A program made the translations under genes and the position numbers. 64,000 nt of DNA, taken from positions 5,585,296 through 5,649,295 of the forward strand of contig NC_069007.1 in the NCBI RefSeq assembly GCF_001194135.2. The letters run 5' to 3'. The notes beneath the pieces were generated by a model. The model saw nothing but the letters and a program-made list of their open reading frames with translations. It ran no database searches and was not told where the DNA came from. How positions within the stretch are numbered: the first letter of the stretch is position 1; each line of letters begins with the position of its first letter. Below, piece after piece: positions 48,726-63,398 of this stretch. Source of the stretch: Octopus bimaculoides (taxonomy: Eukaryota).

Positions 48726-50649
48726 TGAAGGCAGTGAGTTGGCAGAACTGTTTGCACACTGAACAAAAGGCCTACCAGCATCTCATCCTGTTCTTTACAT
48801 TCTGATTTCAAAATCTACAGAGGTCAGCTTCGCCATTCATCCTTTCAGGGTTGATAAAATAAGTACCAGTTGAGCACCAGAGGTCAATGTAATCGACTTA
48901 CTCCCTCCCCAAAACTTTCTGGCTTAGTGCCGACATTCAAAACCATTATTATTATCTTAAGGTAAATCTAAGACGTCCCAAAGTAAAGAAGTCTCAAATT
49001 TAACTATTCCAAATAAAATGCCCAGGTTAAAGATCAATGGAATTAAATATTTTCCATAATTTTCTCCGACTTCAACCTTTCACATCTCACCTTATTGGAT
49101 TTCAATATCTCCATACAATATCAACTTTGACTATGAATAACATTATTTCACAGTTGAACCCAATATGGAAACAAATATAGATTTCGGTTCTGAGTAAATT
49201 AGAATTTCCTTTGGAGCTGTCAAAGAGGGGGGATTGGAAGCATGTCTTTGGAAAATGCAAGGAATCCAGTTTAAAATTCATTGACTATAGATTAATTATG
49301 TCTGCATTTGGGATTCAGTTTGGGTAATATAATATATTATGTGTGTGTATGTGTGTGAATGAGTGAGAAAGAGAGAGAGAGAGAGAGTGCATGTATGCAT
49401 GAGATAGAATGGGGTATGTTTGTCTGAAAGATAGAGGGAGAGAGAGAAAGAAAGTGTGCACTTGTGAGAGAGAGAGAGAGAGAGTGTGTGTATGTGAGAG
49501 AGAGAGAGTGTGTGTGTATGTGAGAGAGAGAGTGTGTGTGTATGTGAGAGAGAGTGTATATGTATATTTAATAGAGAGAGAGAGAAAGAAAGAGTGTGTG
49601 TGTGTATTTGTGTATGTGAGCGAGAGAAACTGTGTGTGTGCATATTTATAGTCAGATATGGCTGTGTCATTTAAGAAGTTTATTGTTTCCCAGCCACATG
49701 GCTTTGGAGTCAACCCCACCGTACAGCACTTGAGCAAGTGTCTTCAGTTGCAGGCCTGCATAGACCAAAACCTTGTGAATGAATTCGGTACATAGAAACT
49801 GAAAGGAAGCCAACATACATGTGTATATATGTATGAATGTATGTATGTATGTATGTATGTATGTACGTATGTATGTATAGGCGTAGGAGTGGCTGTGTGG
49901 TATATAAAAGAGTAAAAGAGTATGTGTGTATGTATGTATGGATGTATAGTTGAATATAAATATAAGAGACTCTAAGGTTGAAACACTAAAGAGTGAAAAA
50001 AGAAAAACAGTTGGAATATATGGTATTCTCTCTCTCATCACAAACCTAAGTTTGTTTCTCTAAAAAGAAAAAAACTAAACATGTAATATGTAAACTTAGG
50101 GTTATATGCAAATAGCTTATCCAGTGCAGTTCTCAGCACTGTAACAGAATAAAGTAGGAGAGAAGAGAGGCTCATTCATTGGTTGTTAGGTGCACTACTG
50201 TATGTATTAGTGTTGTACTGTAAAGCATCAACATAGAGCTACATATCATGCAGATGAAGCAGATGCTTCTCACGGTGTTTGTATTTAGCATTCAGCTCAG
50301 GAAGGCTGACAAGTGAGCTCACTCTAAAAACAGTATAAGCCAACTCAGCCGAGCAGAAGCTCTGTAACTCTTGTAAAGCAGTGACTTAGAATCATGAGAG
50401 ATATTCCATTCATATCTGACAACTTTGATACCTTTTACTTGTTTTTTTGTTTTTGTCTTTTCACATGATAAAACAAGATAAGTTATGGTGATGATCATGA
50501 TTATGATAGTGAAAGATATACAGAGTTGTTGTGATGATAAACAAGATATATTTAAAGAACAAGTAATATAACTAAGTACATACACACATACATATACATA
50601 CATATCTATATATATGCATATATATACATTTATACATTTACATACACAA

Positions 50650-50716
<67 letters not shown>

Positions 50717-51587
50717 TAAAAATAATTTCTTTTTTTTTTTAGTGATATCTATATTTTATAAAAATATTTATTCTCCAATTTTAGATCAGATTTTGAATAA
50801 TAATTTATCCTAAGGAAATTTTTTCTCTCAAATAACAAAATTGTATTTATGTTTTTTTTTCTCTGAAATATTGCTTATAAATTTGTGATAACTCAAAAAA
50901 AATAAATAAATAAAAGAAAAATTTGAATTATATGAGTTGAGTCGGTGGCATTTATGTTGATTCTAAATTTTTCTGCTTTCAACTTTTCTGTTATGGGTAA
51001 AACATATCAGGTCTCCAATTTTGGCACAAGGCCAGCAATTTGGGGGAGAGTATAAATCTTTTACATCGACCCCAGTACTCAACTGGTACTTGTTTTATCA
51101 ACCATGAAAGAATGTCAGGCAAACTTGACTTTGGTGGAGTTTGGACTTAGAACATAATGACTGACAAAATGCCTCAAAAACATTTTGCCAGATGCTGTAA
51201 CAATTTCGTCAACTCACCACCTTCATTAGTAAAACATATTTAATTTCATGTCAAGCTGAGAAAAATCTCTGTCATCCATCCATACAAGCTTGTCTTGTGC
51301 CAGTGTTGCATAAATGCACCGATGCCAGTGGCACATAAGAAGCACCCAAGATACTCTGAAAAGTGGTTGGTGCTAGAAGGGGCATCCAACCATATGTCTG
51401 CATTTGTTACTACTAGCACAACAGATAATTGGAATCTGGACAGCTCCCTGGCTGGCCAGCTCCAGTCAAACTGTCCAACAAAAGCCAAGCATGGAAAACA
51501 GATGATGATGATGATGATGATGATATTATGATGAGAGTGGAAACCCTAAAACTAGGAAAAATAACTTGCATTTTTTTTTATATCAGT

Positions 51588-51986
51588 AGGAGTGGCTGTG
51601 TGGTAAGTAGCTTGCTTACCAACCACATGGTTCTGGGTTCAGTCCGACTGCTTGGCACCTTGGGCAAGTGTTTTCTACTATAGCCTCAGGCCGACCAAAG
51701 CCTTGTGAGTGGATTTGGTAGACGGAAACTGAAAGAAGCCCGTCGTATATATATATATGTATATATACATGTGTGTGTTTTTTTTGTGTCTGTTTGTCCC
51801 CCAACATCGCTTGACAACCGATGCTGGTGTGTTTACGTCCCCGTAACTTAGCGGTTCGGCAAAAGAGACCGATAGAATAAGTACTAAGCTTACAAAGATT
51901 AAGTCCTGGGATCGATTTGCTCGACTAAAGGCGGTGCTCCAGCATGGCTGCAGTCAAATGACTGAAACAAGTAAAGAGTGAAAGAG
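51588..51986 (+). mobile_element. SINE family A, young full-length copy
   Basis: Near-identical to 10166-10547. Confidence 0.92.
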
Positions 51987-52838
51987 TTCTCAAGCTGGCA
52001 GAAACATTGTCATGCCAGGCGAAATGCTTAGCAATATTTTGTCTGTCTTTATACATTCTGAGTTCAAATTCCGCCAAGGTTGACTTTGCCTTTCATCCTT
52101 TCGGGATCGATAAATTAAGTACCAGTTGTGTACAACGGAAGTGCATCAGCATGGCCGCAGCTCTGAGCTGAAACTACAGCAAAAAAAAAAAAAATTTTTT
52201 TTAAAAAGCCCATTTTTGGCCTGTGGACCCTCTTGATCCCTATTTTACTCTGCTGGACCCTAATAGTCCTTTGAAGTTTAAAAATCCCTATCATATTCTT
52301 AAAATTAAATATTATTAAGAATTATATTCAAAAAATTGTTTAAATGCTTTGTGTATCGTAGAAGAATAACTAATTTGGTGCAAATTATTTTTAACAACTA
52401 AATCTTATGAGGACCTCTAAGGGTCGTGTGTGGACCCTGGTTGAGAATGACTGATTTATATTCTAGCAAAAGGCAGTGAGCTGGCTGAATTATTAGCACA
52501 CTAGACAAAATGCTTTGCAGTATTTTGTCCATCTTTATATTCTGGGTTCAAATTCCATCAGGGTTGACATTGTCTTTCATCCTTTTAGGGTCGATGAAAA
52601 GGTGTTTATATTCTAGTTGCTCAACCAGAGTCCATATAGCCCTTGGGGGTCCATGTAAGATTCTCTTGCTGAAATTTGTGTATAATAAATTGGTTATAAG
52701 TCCTGGGGTCGATTTGCTCGACCAAAGGTGGTGCTCCAGCATGGCCACAGTCAAAAGACTGAAACAAGTAAAAGAGTAAAAGAGATATGTCTGCAACACA
52801 CAAAATACTTTAATTTTTTTAGACAATTCTTAATAATA

Positions 52839-53045
52839 CAAGGTGTTCAAAAAGTCTCTCCGCAGTAAGTATTTTATTGCAAAATAAATATTTATAAGAT
52901 GGTAGAAGACTACAAAAGAATATATTAGACTTTATAAGACTTTAAAAAAACCTTATAAGAGGTGTTGAAAGTGTCACCCTTCATTTTCAATATATAAGTT
53001 GACTCTTCTACACATGTTTTGAAATATATCTCAGAGAGTCTGACG
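52839..53045 (-). mobile_element. IS630-Tc1-mariner superfamily 3' end
   Basis: TA-CAAGGTGTTCAAAAAGTCTCTCC terminus; minus frame RRVNLYIENEG*HFQHLL* resembles transposase C-termini. Confidence 0.55.
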
Positions 53046-54566
53046 TGGTAGATCTGTAATCTTTTCTCTAGGCACAAGGCCTTAAATTTGTGGGGATTGG
53101 GGTAGTCAGTTACACCGACCCCAGTACTCAACTGGTACTTAATTTATTATTCATTAATAAATTATTATTTATTAAGCTTGATTTACTTCCTTTATTAATT
53201 AGCATTTCAGCAAAAGATATTAATAGAATAAGTACCACGCTTCCACCACCTGCCCACCACCACCACCAAAAAAGGTTTCTATAGCTGGATGCCCTTTCTA
53301 ACACCAATAACTCCGAGAGTGAAGTGGGTGTTTTTTACGTGCCACTGGCACAGGAGCCAGTCAGGTGGGCCTGGCATAGTGTTTTTTATGTGCCACTGGC
53401 ATGGGAGCATGTCAGGGGATACTGGCATTGGCCATGTTCGGATGGTGCTTTTCTGAGCCACCGGCATGGGAGCCAGTCAGGGGGCACTGGCCACAGCTAC
53501 GATTTTGGTTTTACTTGACTCAACAGGTCTTGTCAAGCATATCATATTGCCTGACACATCAAGGGTACACTTAATTGGGCTGGACATGTATGGCTACGAT
53601 CTCACTTTAGTTGCCAGGTCTTCTCAATCACAGCATATCTCCAAAGGTCTCAGTCTCATAGTTAGACACTAGAGATTTTATTAAAATAGAGTTAGTCCAA
53701 TATAACAGTGAAGAGAATATAACTATTGCATGAATATGGTTGAAAATGACTTGTTTTGATACATTATAAAGATCGTTGGTGTACATTATAAATATGACTT
53801 TCACCTGTTGTTGTTAAATTTTACCTGTTGTCATGTTACTGTCACTTGTCAAGATGTAAGTGACATAACAATTTGACTAGAAGTGTTCTTGCATATATTT
53901 ACAAGATTTTAATACCTAGGCATCGATTAAATCATTAGTAAATAAATATATAACGATAAACGAACCATTAATAAGTAATATTACTGAACTCTAAACTCAC
54001 CACATGAGGTTTCAACTGTCACAAGAAATGAAAGATTAAAAATCCAGAGAAATTTCCTTGATAAAACACAATAACTCAAACATGGTGCCAACAGGAAGTC
54101 TTTTAACAAGAGTTCTCAAAAATAAGACTAAACAAAGAAGAGTGCTTGTCTTCAGTCTCTGGCCCCACCCCTCAAATAGCAGTATTATTTAAACTGTGGT
54201 TTTATATCATTTAGGATTTTGTAATAGGTATAAATCTGAGTATAGGACTTTAAGAGTTAATATAACAGTGTGTGATTGTGAGGAAATTTAGCTTCTATTA
54301 CTGGGGAGTCAATTGATCACACAGATGCCCCATCATTTGTACAGTAATCATTTAAATGTTTTGTTTGTTTTACCAAACAACAACTTAAATTGTGCTTATG
54401 TCTTGGTTTTGGATTTGGTAATTAATGTGGATATCTGCTGTATAAGACTTTAAGATTAAAGGAAGCTGAGTGTGATTTTGAGGTGATTTAGCCCCTATTT
54501 CAAGGGAATCAATCTCCCAAACACAGATCCATCATCAACACAAGAATCATATATATAAATATCTTT

Positions 54567-54720
54567 TCTATAATAATAAACATGAAATTCTGTCTGTCTG
54601 TCCATCTGGGACCCCTGTATCTCAGTCTACATAGACATATTATATACCTTTTTGGAATCAAGATGATCCTAGGATTGAAAATCTGCCCTTCATCTGGTTC
54701 TTGAACATTCAGCACTTGGG
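54567..54720 (+). mobile_element. Possible Helitron-type 5' end
   Basis: TCTATAATAATAAA..GAAATTCTGTCTGTCTGTCC pattern. Confidence 0.35.
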
Positions 54721-55264
54721 ATCAGGTCTGGGTGAGGATTTGTTATAATATGCTAACAGTTCAAAATTCAAATTGTCAGCACTCAGAAGGGTTTGTGTAA
54801 CACAATAGTTCTCAGTCAAGGTCCAATGGCCCTTGGAAGTCCACATAAGATTTTGCTATTAAAATGTACATGCAAAAAAATTGGATATACTTCTACATTA
54901 CACAAAATATTTCAACAATTCTTTTCACATAATTTCTAATAATATTTTAACTATAAAAATAATATGAGACTTTTTTTACACATTAAATGGCTATAGGGGT
55001 CCAGTAGATTAAAATATGAATCAAAGAGGCCCATAGGCAAACACTGGTGTCACACATATCTAAGGACCAGCTCTCCTTCAGGTCCAGCCTATTATAAAAT
55101 CCATCATCTCTTTTACTGGCCAGATTTGCTGTCTGCAACATCATCCTACCATTATTGATTACAGAAATATGGGCATACCTGCAGAAAAGGGCCTCTTTAT
55201 AAATTTTGAAATACATTTTGGACAGGGTAAATATAATCATTGTGCAGTTTGTTATGTTATCTTT

Positions 55265-56080
55265 GACTTGTTTCAGTCATTAAACTGCGGCCATGCTGGG
55301 GCATTGCCTTCAAGAATTTTTAGGCGCAGGCATAGCTGTGTGGTAAGAAACTTGTTTCCCGACCACATGGTTCTGGGTTCAGTCCTATTGCATGGCACCT
55401 TCGGCAAGCATCTTCTATAGAGTGGATTTGATAGATGAAAACTAAAAGCCTGTTCTATATATATATATATATTCCATCTTCCATCTTTCATTTGCTACAA
55501 ATATATATATAAATACATATGTATATATTTGTGTGTTTGTGTCTGTGTTTTTCCCCTCAACCATTGCTTGACAACCTATGTTGGTGTGTTTATGTCCCCA
55601 TAACTTAATGGTTTGACAAAAGAGACTGATAGAAGAAGTACTAGGCTCACAAAGAATAAGTCCTGGGGTTGATTTGTTCAACTAAAATCCCTTAAGGTGG
55701 TACTCCAGCATGGTCGCAGTCCAATGGTTGAAACAAGTACTTAGTTTGTTTGTTTTTTTTTAAGCCTGGTACTTATTCTATCAGTCTCTTTTTGCTGAAC
55801 AGCTAGGTTACAGGGATGTAAACACACCAACACCAGTTGTCGAGCAATGGATGAGGGATGCAAACACAGTGTAGGGCAAACACAAACACAAAGACACACA
55901 CATACACACACACACACACACGCATGCACACATGCACAAATGCACACACATACACAAATGCACACGCATACACAAATGCACACACAGATATATACACACA
56001 CAGTCATTCAACTAAAAAATTCACAAAGGTGGTGCTCCAGCATGGCTGCAGAGTCTAATGACTGGAACAAGTAAGAGATA
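55265..56080. mobile_element. Cluster of older SINE family A pieces in both orientations
   Basis: Family A head, body and tail motifs. Confidence 0.75.
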
Positions 56081-56548
56081 AACAAGAAAAGATTTTCTTA
56101 AAAGTTATGAGAAAACAAACTCAGCAAAGACATATTTGCATAAGTTATAGAATGACTAATGCTATGGCCTATTCGTTTGCAGAAGATTACAGCAAGCGCT
56201 AACAATGGCAGAAGTCTGCTATATATATATTTACAACTGCACAGTATGGTTATCAATGTGAAAAATAGTAATGGTGATTCCATGATTTATGCAATATAAC
56301 TGGGCTAGAAGTAGGTTTGTATAAAGAGATTAGTAATGTAATATCTCTTAGGATACGGATTATGTTTAGAAAGAAGAATTTCAAACCAGATAATGAGAAA
56401 AAGTCTCCTTAGAAATGACTGTAAGTTAATTAGTGAAGAGGAAAACAAAAAGGAAAACTGTAATATTGGTGGCACTCTTGTAGTGTTCGTTAGGGGTATA
56501 TAGTCATGTAATAAAGCTTGATTGATATGTTCTATCTTTTCTCTTTTA

Positions 56549-56747
56549 TGAGGGGGTGCTGAACATTTCTGGCTTTAAGGGCTTCACGAAAGGCCTGGTT
56601 GGAGGCCCAAGCTTCTGAGTTCTTTTACAAGGCTTACTGCAATAAATGTGTGATTCTGAGAGGAGAATAAGTTCAGTAAAATCATAATTAACTTATCCTC
56701 CTGTGTTTTCTTTTACCCAAAGCCAGGAACTTTTCAACTCACCCTCA
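56549..56747 (+). mobile_element. Mariner-derived MITE, TA-flanked
   Basis: TA-TGAGGGGGTGCTGAA..TTCAACTCACCCTCA-TA; matches 39514-39736. Confidence 0.8.
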
Positions 56748-56752
56748 TATAC

Positions 56753-56791
<39 letters not shown>

Positions 56792-56874
56792 TTACTTACC
56801 ACACAGCCACTCCTGCGCCTTATATATAATTTTAAGCAACACATAATCGCTGATGTTGCAACAAGCTAAAAAGT

Positions 56875-57114
56875 TAGTTCTAAAATCTCTGTAAGAGATG
56901 AACGCCGTAGCTGTACTGGAAAGCAATGTCTGTTGCCACTTCAACATGGTTGTTCCAGTCAAACAGACGTTACTGTGATATTTTAACCCCAGAAGGACAT
57001 CTTTTAAAAATAACAGTAATGTCTATTCAAATAGAACAGCCATGTTGAAGTGGTGACAAACATTACTTGCCAGTACAGCTACTGTGTTCATCTCTTACAG
57101 AGACTTTAGAACTA
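56875..57114. repeat. 240-bp palindromic MITE-like element (~105-bp arms), TA at both ends
   Basis: TAGTTCTAAAATCTCTGTAAGAGATGAAC.. versus ..GTTCATCTCTTACAGAGACTTTAGAACTA. Confidence 0.9.
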
Positions 57115-57167
57115 GTTTATTTGCTTGGTGATTATCATTATTATTATCACTATTATTATTATTATTG

Positions 57168-57525
57168 ATGGCACCTGTACCCAGTGTTGCGTTTCTGGCA
57201 CTTATGCCTGTGGCCTGTGTAAGGACTTTTGAGCGAGATCGTTGCCAGTGCCCCTGGACTGGCTCTTGTGTGAGTGGCACATAAAATACACCGGTTTGAG
57301 CGTGGCCATTGCCAGTACCGCCTCACTGGCCTTCGTGCGGGTGACACGTAAAAAGCACCCACTACACTCACTGAGTGGTTGGCGTTAGGAAGGGCATCCA
57401 GCTGTAGAAACTATGCCAAATCAGATTGGAGCTTGGTGTAGCCATCAGGTTTCACCAGTCCTCAGTCAAATCGTCCAACCCATGCTAGCATGGAAAGCAG
57501 ACGTTAAACGATGATGATGATGATG
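57168..57525 (+). mobile_element. Family C copy
   Basis: Matches 4230-4597. Confidence 0.88.
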
Positions 57526-58381
57526 ATTATTATTATTATTATTCTTATTATTATTATCATTATTATCATCATTATTTTGGTTTCTTTTAAAGCTTGTTTG
57601 AATATTTATATTAACAGAGTTATGTTAAACCAACAATTTTAATGCAATGTCATGCAGTTACAACTTATCAAATTATTTGTAAACCAAAAACTGTAATAAA
57701 GAAAAACCGTGTTGATACAATTTTTTTCCCTCAAACCAGAATTCACTAATTTAATTTAAATTCTCTTTAAGTTTTTCAAAAAAATAAAGAAGGAAACTTA
57801 AAACCAACAACAACTTCTCAACTCAATTCAACTAAACTGGCTTTTGATAATGTATTGCTCACTTTAAAATAGACTTACACTTATTGTATAGATTAAATTA
57901 AATGTTGCTTTGGAACTCATATAACAAAATCAAACATGCATTTCTTTATAAAAAATGGAAACGAAAATATAAAGTGTGAGTGTTATTAGATAAAAGACTG
58001 AGTGATAACATGAGAAAAAAATGTGTTAAAAATATGCTTAAAATATATTAAATACACAATTTATGAATTTTCATTTTTTTTCCTACTTATAAATTTAGAA
58101 TGAAATTTACTCATTGATGTGATTGGATAACTAAATTTCATTTCCGTTTACAACAGATCCTATGTTATTTTTTTTAAAGGAAAATGAAAAATATTTTAGA
58201 CGAGCATGGGTATTGGCTATGTGTAATTCACTTTGTAGCTATGTGGTTTTGGGTTCAATCCTGCCGTTTGGTATTTTGGGGTAAGTGTCTTCTACTTATA
58301 TCCCAAGGTTGTCAAATGCTTTGTGAGTGAATTTAGAAGGCAGAAACTGTATGAAAACCTGTCATCGTTCTCTCTCTCTCT

Positions 58382-58422
<41 letters not shown>

Positions 58423-58454
58423 TATCTATCTATCTATTTATCTATCTATTTACA

Positions 58455-58775
58455 TCATCATCATCGTTTAACGTCTGCTTTCCATGCTAGCATGGGTTGG
58501 AAGATTTGACTGAGGACTGGTGAAACCAGATGGCTATACCAGGCTCCAATCTGATTTGGCAGTTTCTACAGCTGGATGCCCTTCCTAATGCCAACCACTC
58601 AGAGAGTGTAGTGGGTGCTTCTATGTGCCACCGGCACGAAGGCCAGCCAGGCGGTACTGGCAACGGCCACGCTTAAAATGGTGTATTTTACGTGCCACCT
58701 GCACAAGAACCAGTCCAGTGGCACTGGCAACGATCTCGCACAAAAGTCTTTACACGTGCCACAGGCACAAGTGCC
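58455..58775 (-). mobile_element. Family C copy
   Basis: Matches 4290-4597 reversed. Confidence 0.88.
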
Positions 58776-58802
58776 ATATATATATATAAATATAAATATT
58801 TA

Positions 58803-58852
<50 letters not shown>

Positions 58853-59854
58853 NNNNNNNNNNNNNNNNNNNNNNNNNNNNNNNNNNNNNNNNNNNNNNNN
58901 NNNNNNNNNNNNNNNNNNNNNNNNNNNNNNNNNNNNNNNNNNNNNNNNNNNNNNNNNNNNNNNNNNNNNNNNNNNNNNNNNNNNNNNNNNNNNNNNNNNN
59001 NNNNNNNNNNNNNNNNNNNNNNNNNNNNNNNNNNNNNNNNNNNNNNNNNNNNNNNNNNNNNNNNNNNNNNNNNNNNNNNNNNNNNNNNNNNNNNNNNNNN
59101 NNNNNNNNNNNNNNNNNNNNNNNNNNNNNNNNNNNNNNNNNNNNNNNNNNNNNNNNNNNNNNNNNNNNNNNNNNNNNNNNNNNNNNNNNNNNNNNNNNNN
59201 NNNNNNNNNNNNNNNNNNNNNNNNNNNNNNNNNNNNNNNNNNNNNNNNNNNNNNNNNNNNNNNNNNNNNNNNNNNNNNNNNNNNNNNNNNNNNNNNNNNN
59301 NNNNNNNNNNNNNNNNNNNNNNNNNNNNNNNNNNNNNNNNNNNNNNNNNNNNNNNNNNNNNNNNNNNNNNNNNNNNNNNNNNNNNNNNNNNNNNNNNNNN
59401 NNNNNNNNNNNNNNNNNNNNNNNNNNNNNNNNNNNNNNNNNNNNNNNNNNNNNNNNNNNNNNNNNNNNNNNNNATATATATATATATATATGTTTATTTA
59501 CATTCCATATTCCACCCTGTAAATGAATTCCTCGCAATTTCAAGAATGAACATGTGCAACTTTAATGATTGGTTCTTCTAAATGATAACATACTCTCTGA
59601 GTCTTTAAGGCTGATGCAAGTTTATGGCTGCTGGTCCTGCACTATTGTAATTCCTTATTATATCAAAGCTTTTAGCTTCCCAGAAATGGTTCATGCTTAA
59701 GCACAATTAGTTTACTCGAGAGTGTTTGTTCATGGCAGTCCCTATAAATTACATTTCGGATTGTCTATTATTGAGTCACAATTGATGGCTCAGGAATTCA
59801 TTATTCCCTTTGCAATCGGATGCTAATGTTTAATCATCTGATTGCTTTTTTTTA

Positions 59855-59856
59855 TG

Positions 59857-59915
<59 letters not shown>

Positions 59916-60058
59916 GTCATCATCATCATCACCATCGCCATTTTTGTTGTTGTTGTCGACGTCGTCGTCGTCATCATCATCATCATCGTCATCATTGTTG
60001 TTGTCATTATTATTATCATCATCATCATCATCATCATTATTATTATTATCATTATTAT
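59855..60058. repeat. (ATC)n/(ATT)n/(GTT)n tract
   Basis: Direct inspection. Confidence 0.95.
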
Positions 60059-60611
60059 TTTGTAATCTGTCAATATATCTTTTTTTAGAAAAAGCTAATC
60101 CATTTTGGTTGAGTGTGTGTGATCATTTTCCAATCGATTTCTGCTATTCCCATCAGATGGTGAAACGGTAACTGCAACTAAATACGGTGCGACATTCAAA
60201 ATCCCCAAAAAACGAAACTGGGAGCTTCGATCTGTGCTAGGTCTTCCATAACAAGTCAATCAACCGCAAACAACATTTAAGCATAAGTTTTTTTTCCCTT
60301 TTTTTTTTGTTCTGTTGACTTGTGTCAATCGTTCCTTCATTTTGCTGCTTGATGTAAACAGTGATATTCACAAACAACCCCTTGAGCTAGTTATGTATTG
60401 AATGGTTCCTATCCTTTATTCTTGCATTTGCTCATAAGCAGCTACCATATGTTTATATAGCGGAAAGAGAGGGAATAGTGAAGAAGAAGAAGTCCTATCT
60501 CTGTGTTATATTCATCTGGTTGTATTTATTTTAGCTCCATTTCTAGTTATTAGCAATTTTCTCATGGGTTGAATCCACTAGATTGTTGATATTCTGATAA
60601 AAGCCTGTTGC

Positions 60612-60652
<41 letters not shown>

Positions 60653-60655
60653 CAT

Positions 60656-60702
<47 letters not shown>

Positions 60703-61142
60703 ACTATTTGCACTATGGGTATATGCCTATTGGTATGTTGATTAAAGCACGTTCACCATTTGGGCTACCTGATGTCATCCAGAGTTACGATATAATTTTC
60801 ACTGGATCTGAATCAGGAAGTCTGTAGTGTTTGTTGAGTTTATAAAGATTCATACTAAATCCATCTTCTGCTTTCCCTTATCCATTATACATACATACAT
60901 ACGTACATACATACATACATACATACAGATATATATATATATATGTGTGTGTGTGTAATTGATAAGGTAAAACATATATATAAACAGGCCTGGCTGCATG
61001 GTAAGAAATTTGCTTCCCAACCACATGATTTTGGGTTCAGTCTCATTGCATGGCACCTTGGACAAGCATCTTTTACTATAGCTTTGGGCTAAGTAAAGCA
61101 TTGTGAGTGGATTTGCCATATACAAACTGAAAGAAGCCCAGC

Positions 61143-61176
<34 letters not shown>

Positions 61177-61630
61177 NNNNNNNNNNNNNNNNNNNNNNNN
61201 NNNNNNNNNNNNNNNNNNNNNNNNNNNNNNNNNNNNNNNNNNNNNNNNNNNNNNNNNNNNNNNNNNNNNNNNNNNNNNNNNNNNNNNNNNNNNNNNNNNN
61301 NNNNNNNNNNNNNNNNNNNNNNNNNNNNNNNNNNNNNNNNNNNNNNNNNNNNNNNNNNNNNNNNNNNNNNNNNNNNNNNNNNNNNNNNNNNNNNNNNNNN
61401 NNNNNNNNNNNNNNNNNNNNNNNNNNNNNNNNNNNNNNNNNNNNNNNNNNNNNNNNNNNNNNNNNNNNNNNNNNNNNNNNNNNNNNNNNNNNNNNNNNNN
61501 NNNNNNNNNNNNNNNNNNNNNNNNNNNNNNNNNNNNNNNNNNNNNNNNNNNNNNNNNNNNNNNNNNNNNNNNNNNNNNNNNNNNNNNNNNNNNNNNNNNN
61601 NNNNNNNNNNNNNNNNNNNNNNNNNNNNNC

Positions 61631-61693
61631 ATGATAACACTTCCAATCAATTAAGATCAGAAGCCATGAGAGTCACTGCCTGGTACTGCATCC
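61631..61693 (-). mobile_element. Family E 5' terminus (rest in gap), followed on + by (ATT)n
   Basis: ATGATAACACTTCCAATC..GATCAGAAGCCATGAGAG.CACTGCCTGGTACTGCATC matches 17190-17244. Confidence 0.8.
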
Positions 61694-61716
61694 ATTATTA
61701 TTATTATTATTATTAT

Positions 61717-61749
<33 letters not shown>

Positions 61750-61983
61750 TATTATTATTATGATTTAAGGCAGTGAGCTGGCAGAATCGTTCACATCCTG
61801 GGCAAAATGCTTAGCGGCATTTTGTTCATCTTAACGTTCTGAGTTCAAATTCTGCCTAGGTTGGCTTTCCCTTACTTCTTTTCAGGGGTCAATAAAATAA
61901 GTACCAGTTGAATACTAAGGGTCGAAGTAATCGACTAACGCCCCCCCCCTAAAATTTCAGGCTTTGTGCCTTCAGCAAAAAAG

Positions 61984-62042
<59 letters not shown>

Positions 62043-62469
62043 TATTCCTATCATTATTATTGTTGTTGTAATTATTATTATTACTATCATTATTACTATT
62101 ATTTTTATCATTATCATATTAAATTTCCTTTTCGCTTATGTTTTCCATGTTTTACCATAATTCTATTCTATTTCTATTGAAAGATTTCTGGTTCTGCTAG
62201 TTTGAATACATCTTCTGCCAATTCTGTTGTCTGCTTATTTTAAGAATTAAGTTAACGGTGGTTCTTCTCAGTTTTGCTTTCCTGGTTTTGTGTTTTGATA
62301 ATTTTACTTTCGAGTAGGAAATGTGACATGATGATGGATGAACTAATAATAAATGAATTTTTTTTACAATCTGAATACATACATACTCACACACATATGC
62401 ACATACATACATACATACATATATATGCACGTGCGTGTTTGTTCATTCATGCATATGTATGTGTGTGTG

Positions 62470-62504
<35 letters not shown>

Positions 62505-62516
62505 TTTTTTTTTTTT

Positions 62517-62775
62517 TTACTTGTTTCAGTCTTTTGACTGTGGCCATGCTGGAGCACCGCCTTTAGTCGAGCAAATCGACCCCAGGACTTATTCTTTAGA
62601 AGCCTAGTACTTATTCTATCGTTCTCTATTGCCGAACTGCTAAGTTACGGGGACATAAACATACCAGCATCGGTTGTCAAGCGATGTTGGGGGACAGACA
62701 CACAAACACATACACACATACATATATATATATACATATATACGACGGGCTTCTTTCAGTTTCCGTCTACCAAAT
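62517..62775 (-). mobile_element. SINE family A, young, head in gap
   Basis: Reverse complement of the family A tail and body. Confidence 0.9.
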
Positions 62776-63091
62776 NNNNNNNNNNNNNNNNNNNNNNNNN
62801 NNNNNNNNNNNNNNNNNNNNNNNNNNNNNNNNNNNNNNNNNNNNNNNNNNNNNNNNNNNNNNNNNNNNNNNNNNNNNNNNNNNNNNNNNNNNNNNNNNNN
62901 NNNNNNNNNNNNNNNNNNNNNNNNNNNNNNNNNNNNNNNNNNNNNNNNNNNNNNNNNNNNNNNNNNNNNNNNNNNNNNNNNNNNNNNNNNNNNNNNNNNN
63001 NNNNNNNNNNNNNNNNNNNNNNNNNNNNNNNNNNNNNNNNNNNNNNNNNNNNNNNNNNNNNNNNNNNNNNNNNNNNNNNNNNNNNNNNNNN

Positions 63092-63398
63092 AAGACATCC
63101 GAGTGAGATCGTTGCCAGTGCCGCTGGACTGGCTCCTGTGCAGGTGACACGTAAAATACACCATTTTGAGCATGGCCGTCGCTAGTACAGCCTAACTGGC
63201 CCTTGTGCCAGTGGCTCGTAAAAGCACCCACTACACTCTCAGAGTGGTTGGCATTAGGAAAGGCATCCAGCCGTAGAATCTCTGCCAAATCAGATTGGAG
63301 CCTGGTGTAGCCATCCGGTTCACCAGTCCTCAGTCAAATCGTCCAACCCATGCTAGCTTGGAAAGCAGATGTTAAATGATGACGATGATGATGATGAT
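63092..63398 (+). mobile_element. Family C copy
   Basis: Matches 4290-4597. Confidence 0.88.

Larger units (their letters stand above)
1206..63091. other. 17 assembly gaps (~6 kb): 1206-1661, 2719-2780, 4808-5503, 11462-11471, 11839-11998, 12203-12270, 13986-14225, 25258-26160, 28915-28924, 30972-31151, 42893-43013, 43792-44663, 45994-46718, 47377-47525, 58853-59473, 61177-61630, 62776-63091
   Basis: N runs. Confidence 1.

Noticed and set aside
60157-60250. Possible exon DGETVTATKYGATFKIPKKRNW
   Set aside because: Acceptor plausible but no good donor and no recognisable homology
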